Origin: Adineta vaga
Lineage: Eukaryota > Animalia > Rotifera
NCBI GenBank assembly: GCA_021613535.1
Contig: CP075492.1
Span: forward strand, 7,750,001 to 7,814,000
Length of the DNA: 64,000 bases
Direction of reading: 5' to 3'
Shown: positions 53,784 through 64,000 of the stretch, one piece after another
Numbering within the stretch: the first letter of the stretch is position 1
Layout: each line of letters begins with the position of its first letter
Notes under the pieces: generated by a model
Database searches by the model: none
Told to the model about the DNA's origin: nothing
Seen by the model: only the letters and a program-made list of their open reading frames with translations
Position numbers and translations under genes: made by a program

Positions 53784-56700
53784 AGAGAATACGAGTATCG
53801 ATAAGTAAATATACATAAAATTTAGTGATGACATCGAATTTTCGTCATGTTGCACTTCCTTCAATGAACAAAACTTGCCAATTGTATGCATTGTGTAAGT
53901 GAACATCAGACGTTTCAATTCTTCGGTGAATGATCTCGTTTTTGTTTTTTTCGTTTCTCTTTGGTTTTGTTTACTTTATCAGATATGTTCTAGTGTATAA
54001 TAAAACACATCAGACAGTGTGCCTGATTCCAAACATATGATTTATTTCAATGGCCAATTCAATAAGATTATACATATACATATATATATATTTGTGAGAC
54101 GTTTTCACCTTGTTCTTTTCCCCGTTTTTATTTCTTATAGACATGAAGAAATATTCTACTTGGAATAAGACAAAATTGAACGACGATTGGTATCATTGTG
54201 ATAAGTTATCTTTTTTGAATTTGTTTAATCTTTCTTCAGTAAAAGAATATCAATGGATGCAAAAGACTTCGAAGTAAAAATAATCGTTGGAAAACAAGAT
54301 TCAATGACTTCATAGAACAAGTTTGTGGTTGATTTTTTTTTTCGAAAAAAATGTTTTGTAAAACAAAATGTAAACAGAGATCATTGATAATGTATCATTT
54401 GCTAGGCTAGAAAACAATTCTTAACTGATGAATGAAAGACGTTTAGTTGAGAAAATATTGATTCTCAAATGTATTTTCTCATATTTATTTAATAAATTGA
54501 ATCAAAAAATGAATTCAGTTGTCTTTATTATTATCAATATTTAAAAATAAGAAGATATTCATCGACCTTGATGAATCATACGAACGATTTGAAGGACAAT
54601 GTTCAAATTGACATTGATATGTCTTTGTATATAAAGTAAGTCCTATTCACAATAAAATCAAGCACATTTCATACATTCATAGAAGTTCAATAGAATGCTA
54701 TACATCGTATCACAGTCATATGGATAATGAGTAGTAAAGCATTGAGAATATAAACTTGAAGTTTTGAAAACAAAAAAGAACAATTCTACTAAACGGTATA
54801 TCCTATGAATTGAACAAAGTAATAAAGCTTGATATAGAAATGTTGTATTCAGACAAAAATCTCAGATCTATTCGACTCACATGTACATAGTAAAGCAGGC
54901 AATATGTGTCTATGAAGAAAATCTCTTATTCATTCAAACTATTGATCAAATAATTAACAAAATCTCATTACTCTTTTATCAATAGAATGACCTTATTCAA
55001 CAGAACTTCAATTAAATCATGTCAAATAATAGATATTATTATTCATCGAACACACAATCATTCAAGTTCTATTAATTAATCGTTAATGCATACTTAGATA
55101 CGATACAATCAATAACTATAATTGCAATATACGATGTTCTGTAAGATAGCATATAAGATCTTGATTATCATGAAAAAACAAAAAAACATTTATATGCTGC
55201 TCGACACATCAGTAACGATTGAATGCTTCCATTCGATTTTCAGAGGATTATACAGTACATTTCATACAATATAGATCGCATTAAAAACGATTCTGCAAAA
55301 ACAAATGCAGATCTTTATCATATAGAGATAATGCTTTCTTTCAGAAGTATTCATCTATGAATAATGAAATTTTAATCTTTAAAAAAATTAACGTTAAAAT
55401 CTTATAATCATTCTCTTCTTAACATCTAATTTTATGCTCATATAGATTCACTCAAGATTGAGTCTCTTGAATAGAAGCAAGTGAAATCAAGTATATGATG
55501 AGATATAAAAATTAGTTTATTCGTCTCTCGAGAAAGTTACTTTCGAAAGTGATTGATAGATTTAAGTGTTACATTTACTCGTGTTCTTTTTCATATCAAT
55601 AAAGAGAAGGAAATTGAAATTGTCAGTGTTTTCTTATTTTGAAATTTGAGTTTTTGAAGGAAACAGAAGAAAAAAAATGTTCTTCAAGTAAAAATACATC
55701 AGAAGATATTTCAGTGAGCCGGATAATTATAAAACTATTCTGTTTATTGATTCTATCAAAAGAGAAAACACTCGTCAAGAATTGCTGTTCGTTTCGAATT
55801 ACATCGGTGGCAACAGAACAGAGATAAACAGAAATTTCCTTGTTATTTCGTATGATAACAATTGTCTTGATATCCTTTGCAGATACATTCTTAGTATCGA
55901 AAATGCATTAAATCTTCTTCCATATTGTTTCTCTATTGAAGATATTTGACCATATGTTAACAAACGTTGCTTCTTTATTCAATCTAATATTGTCAGAAAT
56001 CAGCACTTTTCTGACATATCCTTGAGTGATCTCTTGATGTCGATTACCTTCTTCAACGAAGTGATATAGTTATTTAGAAATATATCGTCAATTGGTAATT
56101 TCCGAGCCTTTATGTCATGCCCTTCTAGCCTGTAGTCAACTAGAATCTACTCGAAGTCTTAACATAAACAAAAAAAAGAAATCTAATATACTTGGAATGT
56201 TACCGAGAAGATATTCGATGTATTGAAGACATTTTACATCGACGAGAAGCAATAAATACAAAAAAGAAAAAAAAAGAAGAAGAAGAAAAGACTCAAATGG
56301 ATGTGATTGAGAAAATCGTTTTTTTTTTGTTGGGTGCTATTATGATCGACCTCCGACAAGTTCAACTCTCATATGTCAACATAAACAACTGTTACTGCCA
56401 ACGGAGTTTTCCTCTATATACATATTTATATAACATTGACATCGACATTGAACTAACACAATATTCCATCTGTCAAATCTAATGAGATGCTTATGTTTGA
56501 ATATTTTAATCATCCTTGAATAGAAAAAACTGACACGATTTAAGTATTTTCGATAAAATGACGATTAAACAACAGCAATCCAATTACATGACATTTATTA
56601 TCATTGCAGGGCAGAAACGTCTAAAATGTAGAATTGTTGTTTTTCAGTCTTTTACAAATCAGTCAAGTTAGATTTGAATATAGTAAAATCTCTTCTAACA

Positions 56701-58375
56701 ATTCAGTTTTCCTTGAAATTTAACCCTGACATTGACTTTTCAACGAAACAATTACTTCAACAGATTGCAACTATCATTATAATTGTTCTGTGCATTTTTT
56801 TCTCATTCTGTTGCATCATCTATTTAGTATATACAGTCTTGGTACTGTCGATATATATATATTCGTGTGTGTGTATATGTATATCGATGCATGTGTTTGT
56901 TGATTATCAAATGTCGACGGCCATCTTAAAGAATTAGTGGAGCATTGAGATCGATCGATTTCTTTAGCATGGGAAGGAGGTCTTGCTAATGTTATTGCTT
57001 TTTTGCTTCTCGATATTGTATAGAAAAAGTTCCAAAGCAGAAAGGAAAACGCGAACAAAGCGGGAAAAAAGAGAAGAGAAGAAGAAGAAGAAGAAGAAAA
57101 ATAAGAAGAAAAAAATGCAAAAATACATGAGAATAATACATCGAGAAACATACAAACAACGTTGGTTTGTTTTATAGACGTCAGAGAAAAGTATAGTAGA
57201 TGTGGTTTTGAGTTTTGTTTATATATCTAGACGAAATAATAATTATACAGAGAATATGATTGCCAGAGAAAGATTGAAAAAGAGCTTGTTGTTTTTATAT
57301 TAGGATGCAGTCAACCTGAAATATTGTCAAAAGAATTTTTTCTTTGTATCGGACTAACTAGCCAGTTACCAGTGACTGACAATTATTTAACTATGAATGC
57401 GTTAATTGATATCTATCGTGTCGTTATTCTCTCCCTCAGTATGTTGTATGAAGTCACAAACGTTTCATCTATTGTTGAAAGACGTACGTGTCCTTGACAT
57501 CCTTCATTACTTTTACGTATATATATATCCTAAAAGGAAATTGTCCCGTCGATTCGTACAAAAACGACCTCCATCTATTGTCACCCCGATGAAGAAAAAA
57601 CAGAACACAAAATCTTTTCTATTATTTGGTTATATTTAAAAATCATTATCAACAACAATATTAGTAGTACTAGCGGTAGTTGTAGAAGATATAGAACATA
57701 CGTAAATACAGCTAGTATATATTGATTGAAAGCAACAATTCTCTTTTGCCTTTTGCTCCCTCTCTCTGTCTTTCTTCTTTTTCTCTCTCAGCAAAGTCAA
57801 GCACATCATCTTGGTTTCTTTTCTTTTCTGTAGCATTCTTTTCTCATCATCGTTGTTAATATCTATGCATAAGATTGTTTCCTTTACTACTATTAATATG
57901 TATTTCAGTCATCATCATCATCGACGACAGACTAGCATGTATAGTTTAGATGAGATATGCAATACTCTAGTAAGCATGTTAGTTTACAATCTACTTAAAG
58001 ACAGAAGTAGAAACAGAGAAAAGAATCTTTTCTTTCCGATCGACATTATTCCGACATTTGCAAAGAAAACGACTAGATAATACCTCTACTCTACTACTGT
58101 GGATAAGAAATAAGAAACAGACAGGTTTCTATCTCTTTAGCATTAGAAACGTTCTTGTTTTTGTGGTCGAGGTTGAGGTTGTTGTTGTTGTTGTTGTTGC
58201 TATTACCATCAACATAGAATTAGATATACGAACGTTTAGCTTGAAGATAACGAGACTTGTTTCTACTATAGCTACTATCATAAGAACGTCACTGGTTTTG
58301 TTTTTGTTGTTCTGTGCGGCATCAGTTAGAAAACGTAAGCAGCATGAGATTAGTTTTATATTTTTTGTCGATGAT

Positions 58376-58406
<31 letters not shown>

Positions 58407-58879
58407 ATGTGCATTCACTTTTTTCTCTCACTCTCTGTTTCTATCGTCACTATATTATATTCGATGGGAAAAGCTGTTCGTTTCTCTTCCTGATGTGTAT
58501 TTGTTTGAGTGTCTATTGGAGCGCATGCACACACACACTACCACGATAATATGAATATAAGTCGACGGGCGTAAAAAGAGAACTACTAAACATTGAGATA
58601 ATCCCTAGATGAACAGCAACGCGAGGAAGATAGTCATAGTGGATGAGAAACAAGAAAAAAAGAAAGAGAAAACCGACAGAAAATAAAAGAGGTAAGTTTA
58701 TAGCATGACTATTAATCCGTTATGTATCATATGTTTATATATATAATTAAATCAATTAATTGATAGGATGAATTATGATATGAATGATGTTTTGTGATTG
58801 AATTCTTCATTTCTTATTGTTATTTCATCTCTAGTAGTCATTGAAAATTCTTTTCTTCTCATTTTCCCGTGCGCTTTTT

Positions 58880-58914
<35 letters not shown>

Positions 58915-59148
58915 TTCCATCTCTCTCTTCTTTTAACTACTAACGACGAAGCACTCCCGTTGTTCTGAATGAAAATAAAATTTCTTTTTTTTTGATATTA
59001 TAGAACTAGAATAGAAAAGCACATAAAGAAGTCTGATGTTGGGTTGTGCTGTTCAATTCCTTCATCATCATTATTATTATTATATAATTATTATCATTAT
59101 TTCTGTAGGATGTAAGCGTGTTTACTATCCTAATCTAGTTCATTCGTG

Positions 59149-62100
59149 ATGTCTCCTTGTCATTATATAGTATCTTTAATGACTTTATTTTTTTCAATCA
59201 GTCTTGCACCACTTCTCGTACATGGTAGTGTGACTGGTCTTAATCTATCAAAAATTATGGATTATAATTCGTCGAATACATGCTCAAAACTTCGAACCAA
59301 TTGTGGTACAAAAGATGGGATAATTATACCTCTATGGAATCCTCAAGAAGGCATATCAACTGGTGATCGAATTTCACGCGCTATTGTCTATCTTTTAGCA
59401 CTTATTTATTTATTTATTGGTGTTGCTATTATATCCGACCGTTTTATGGCATCAATTGAAGTTATAACATCACAAAAACGTGAAATTCGAAAGAAGAATC
59501 CTGATGGAACTATTTCAGTAACAACAGTTGCAATCTGGAATGAAACAGTATCAAACTTAACATTAATGGCATTAGGCTCATCCGCTCCGGAAATCCTTCT
59601 CTCTATAATTGAAGTTGTTGGTAAAAATTTTGAAAGTGGAGATCTTGGTCCGGGCACTATTGTAGGTTCAGCAGCGTTTAATTTATTTGTTATTATTGCT
59701 ATATGTATTATGTCAATCCCATCCGGTGAGGTACGTCGTATTCGACATCAACGTGTATTTTTTGTGACAACAGCTTGGTCAATATTTGCTTATATTTGGT
59801 TATGGGCTATTGTAGCAAAAATTTCTCCAGGTTATATCGAAGTCTGGGAAGGCACATTGACATTTTTGTTTTTTCCTCTAACGGTCTTCTCAGCATATAT
59901 TGTTGATACGAAAGTTGGTCAATTCATACGTATTCGTATAACATCACAAAAACAAGTTTTACAATTAGATAATCAAGCATCATCAACTTTACCAATAACA
60001 GTCGATGATTTAGAACAAAAAGGTATGATCGATGGTTCAAATCGACAATCAGCAGCACCAAGTACAAATGATTTATATCGAAAGAAAACGAGTAGTATTA
60101 TAACTGGTTCAATTGTGGAACAATTAGCTGGTTCAACAGCAGGCGGTTTAGATGATAATTCTCTATCTAATCATATTGAATCTCAACGACGTCAAGAATT
60201 TATTGATATTTGGCGTGAATTACGTAAACAATATCCTAATCATGATATGCAAACCTTGAATGAAATGGCATCTCTTGAAATGATGAATCGTGTGCCAAAA
60301 TCTCGAGGTATGTCTTTGTAATGAACAAGAGAAAATGTAGAATTTTAACAGAAGATTTCATCTTAATTTCTAGCATATTATCGTATTCAAGCAACAAAAC
60401 GTCTTGGAGGTGGTGGTGGAAATATCAAAAAGAGACTACTAGAGAAATTACATGAACCAGATAAACTTGATCCAACTGAAAAACAACAATTCATTGCTGA
60501 TACAACATCACATATCAGTAAAATACGTTTTGAACCAAGTCATTATACTGTTTTGGAAAATGCTGGTTATGTTACACTACATGTCGTTCGTGTCGATGGA
60601 AATTTACGAAATACAGTCTATGTTGATTATATGACAGAAGATGGTACAGCAACTCATGGAAATGATTATGAACCAGCAGAAGGTACGCTCATTTTTTATC
60701 CAATGGAAACACAAAAACAAATACAAGTTAAAATCATCGATGATGAAATTTTCGAAGAAGGTAAAAAACGAAACTTATTTTCGTCGTCATCATTCAATGC
60801 TGATCTGTATTTTAGATGAACATTTTTCGGTGAAACTAAGTAATTTGAAAATTAAAGATAATCAAGGACGTTTAACTCCAGGTGCCTTTGATAAAACCGT
60901 ACAAATCGATGAACCATCAACAGCTATTGTAATGATCATTGATGATGATCATTCAGGTTTATTTGTTTTCGATGCAGAAGAAAAGACTGCTGTCGAATCG
61001 GAGCGTTTTGCTGAAATTAAAGTTCTTCGAACATCAGGTGCTCGTGGTCGTGTTCGAGTACCATATACAACTGAAGATGAAACTGCTTTAAATGAAAGAG
61101 ATTATGTGCCAAAAACGGATGAAGTTATTTTTGAAAATGAAGAGAATGAGTAAGTAGAAAGAAAAAAAAGAGAGAAACATTTTTTTTCCAAGTCATTTTA
61201 ATGATAGAACATTAAAAATAGATACATACACATATACACATATTTAATGTCAATAGAATTTGGTATTTATCGATCGGACTTCGATCGGCTAATTGCATCG
61301 TTACCGGAGGAGATTCTCTTTTTTAACACTTGCATTACCGATTCTAATCATAGAAATAAATCATCTATAGACTTGTGTATTGTGTGACTATATGCTTTTG
61401 ACATGCTTGTCAAATTATATTGAAAGTTTTCTTTTTTCTCCCCTATGTCGACATGAGTTTCATATATATTAAATCATTTTATATATAGAATGAAATATAC
61501 AGAGAGTAAAAAGAATGTCGATGTCAGCCGACAAAGATAAATGAAGCTTGATTAAAACTATGAATAAAAGAAAAATTATATCCTTGATATTCAATGTAAT
61601 GATGTTTTATTTCAAATCTTCCGAGCAAAAATTCTACTTTACAAATCAATGATTATATTTCGTACTCAATCTCCTGATTAATAATAATATGCTTTTCTTC
61701 AAAATTGTTTTTCCCGTTTATTATCGAGGACACAATGACTTAATTGTATTATTATCTAGCTCAGATAAATGGACAGACGAAACATATAAATACAACTTCC
61801 TTATTGTCAATTAGCAGATCTTATGTCTCCTTGATTGCTTTTTATTTGTCCGTCAGCCATATGTCTGATATATTGAGTCGAGTCAAAACTGATGATTGCT
61901 AGTAAATGGCTAAAGAAATTCTTACTAATTAATATCATTTTAACATGCTTGACTTTGAGAAGAATAGATGTTATGAAAGCCTTGACTTATTGTTTATAAT
62001 ATCTTCTGGTAATTTTTCTAGAAAAACAATATCTATTGAAATAATTGATCGTGATCAATATCATCGTAATGAAACATTTCTCATACGATTAGGTGAACCA

Positions 62101-63381
62101 GTATTAATTAAAGATGATGACGAGAAAGGTGATGATTCACGTATGTTAAATAAAGAAAAAGAATATAATGATTGATTTTTATTTATTCCTTGTTTTTCTT
62201 CTTCTTCTTTTTCAGCTCTGACAGATCATGATAGATTAATTGCGGAATTAGGAAAACCAAGATTAGGCGAAAAAAATGTTATTCGCGTTCGAATACGTGA
62301 AAGCAAAGAATTTAAAGTATAAAGCCTACAATCATTCATTTTTGATTCTTTTCAATTGAACGTTTTATTTTTTTTTCTTCTACAAAAGAATGCAGTCGAT
62401 AAAGCTTTATATAAAGCAAATACAGCTATACTTGTTGGCACATCGACATGGTTAGAACAATTCAAACAAGCTTTTAGTGTGAAAGGTAATATTTCTTAAA
62501 CCAAATGAGAAAAAAAAAACATCCCATCTTTTTCTTGATTTTTAGATGATGACGATGATAATGATGTTGTTGAATCTGGTGATGCAAATGAGAGTAATGA
62601 TGAACCAGCAACATGTAAAGATTATATGTTACATTTTATTTCATTTTTTTGGAAATTTTTATTTGCATTTGTGCCGCCAACAAGTTAGTGTTTATTTGTT
62701 TTTCTATAGATAATTAATTTTATGAACATTTATTCTCAATAGGTATTGGTGGTGGTTGGCTTTGTTTTGTTGTTTCAATTTTAATTATTGGAGTGTTAAC
62801 AGCAGTCATCGGAGATTTAGCGACACATGTAAATGAATTTATTTGATGATTTCATTTCATTATTTATCATTTGTTTAGTTCGGTTGTACAGTTGGTCTTA
62901 CGGATACAATGACAGCCATTGCTTTTGTTGCTTTAGGAACATCATTACCAGGTAGGATGATCGAATTTTGTTTGAAAATCAAATCTTTCTTTTGTTTTTC
63001 ATAGATACATTTGCATCAAAAGTTGCTGCTGAACATGATAAATATGCTGATAGTTCAGTTGGAAATGTCAATGGTTCAAATGCTGTGAATGTTTTTCTTG
63101 GCATTGGTTTACCATGGGCGATATCAGCATGGTATCATTATTTTAAACAAACAAAATTCGAAGTGGAAAAGGGTTCACTATCCTTTAGTGTTACTTTATT
63201 TTGTTCATTTGCAGCTGTTGCTGTAGTAATTCTATTAGTAAGACGTTTAAAAGTTTTCGGAGGAGGAGAATTAGGTGGTCCAATGAAATATCGTCTCATC
63301 TCAAGTTCGATTTTTCTTCTACTTTGGATTGCTTATTTAGTATTAAGTGGACTCGAAAATTATTGTCATATTAGTTTGTAA
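59149..63381 (+). CDS. SLC8A: Sodium/calcium exchanger (NCX/Calx, SLC8 family), multi-exon
   Basis: Signal peptide; alpha-1 repeat IWNETVSNLTLMALGSSAPEILLS...GDLGPGTIVGSAAFNLF; KSR/AYYRIQAT; Calx-beta domains (IIDDEIFEE/DEHF, IIDDDHSG, RTSGARGRVRVPY); alpha-2 repeat FVALGTSLP/DTFASK...GNVNGSNAVNVFLGIG; terminal GGELGGP...LENYCHISL*. Confidence 0.97.
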
Positions 63382-63463
63382 AAACATTTGATGTCTTTCC
63401 GTTAAATACGTTTACTTGTCGATGTGTCTGTGTGTATTTTTTCTTGTCTCTCTTTTACAGAAA

Positions 63464-63502
<39 letters not shown>
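63464..63502. repeat. (AAT)n microsatellite in the NCX 3' region
   Basis: Perfect AAT trinucleotide run. Confidence 0.95.
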
Positions 63503-63503
<1 letters not shown>

Positions 63504-63635
63504 GAACAGAACGGTGCACTTAGGAAATTTCCTTAATGGATACCAGATTGATTTGATTGAAATTTAGTATTCATACAAAATAACACAAAAATATTTGTTT
63601 CTCTACATTAATAAAGTTCTTCGCTGACAATGATC

Positions 63636-63845
63636 TTACAATGGCAAATATTTTTGTTTGTCTCGAAATGGATTCTCTCTAGATGATTGAAATCTACCAA
63701 CAAGTGCATCATTTGTTTGATGATCTGTTGAATACCGAACGAGATCTTTACAAACAATAGATACTTTTACACGTTCACGTTCGGCTTCTTCACATAGCTG
63801 CTCACATAAACAACCGTTGAGCAAGATAAGTAGTTTGTGTGTGAT
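63636..63845 (-). pseudogene. Heterotrimeric G-protein gamma subunit-like exon, degenerate (no CaaX Cys; possible +1 frameshift); start not found in the window
   Basis: EQLCEEAERERVKVSIVCKDLVRYSTDHQTNDALV...ENPFRDK matches the G-gamma pattern (EQL..EA...R.KVS....DL..Y.......D.L......NPFR.K). It ends KYLPL*. A polypyrimidine-AG acceptor lies at 63846-63847. Confidence 0.6.
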
Positions 63846-64000
63846 CTAAAAGAAAGAAAGACTTCGAGCTTAATACTATCGTGATTCGATGAAATCTTCT
63901 TCTTCTTCTCGATTCATTTCAAAGTAACTTTTCGTGACAATAACAGAATTTATCAATGTCAAAACAGGCGAGTCTCAGAAGTATTCTGCTGTTCTATAAA

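Noticed and set aside
53900-59100. Many short ORFs in the long region upstream of NCX
   Set aside because: They are low-complexity F/L/K/I-rich translations of AT-rich and microsatellite DNA with no domain motifs. The region is likely NCX promoter, 5' UTR exons (donor at ~58692) and introns.
61150-62021. Long NCX intron at the position of vertebrate mutually exclusive exons A/B
   Set aside because: The candidate acceptors I read gave no second K-x-I-x-I-x-I-D-type exon; the frames hit stops or lack similarity.

Overview
AT-rich eukaryotic (animal) genomic DNA with compact genes and many short (about 45-70 bp) GT-AG introns. The gene style and the NHL-repeat/polycystin architecture suggest a bdelloid rotifer (inference, not verified). 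Genes in order: TRIP12-like HECT E3 ligase (5' truncated, +); IWS1 (+); a small bacterial-type DUF2237 gene with one intron (+); a ~10.8 kb polycystin-1-like receptor/channel gene with two N-terminal NHL beta-propeller modules, a Thr-rich stalk, REJ, GPS, PLAT and PKD channel (-); a Regnase/ZC3H12-like NYN-CCCH gene with a degenerate active site (-); RPL3 (+); TFAP4/cropped bHLH (-); a 4-TM orphan (-); GTF3C1 (+); calcineurin A (+); a small orphan (+); DNAJB9 (-); an intronless IER/SERTA-like gene (+); a Na/Ca exchanger (+); and a degenerate G-protein gamma exon (-). The most notable signals are four. (1) The modular NHL-polycystin chimera is built from phase-1 exons, has one frameshifted module and shows a base-composition break. 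(2) The likely horizontally acquired DUF2237 gene sits 205 bp behind IWS1 in a possible trans-spliced operon. (3) The Regnase homolog looks like a pseudo-nuclease. (4) The G-gamma has no CaaX cysteine. All family assignments come from motif recognition by eye; no searches were run.
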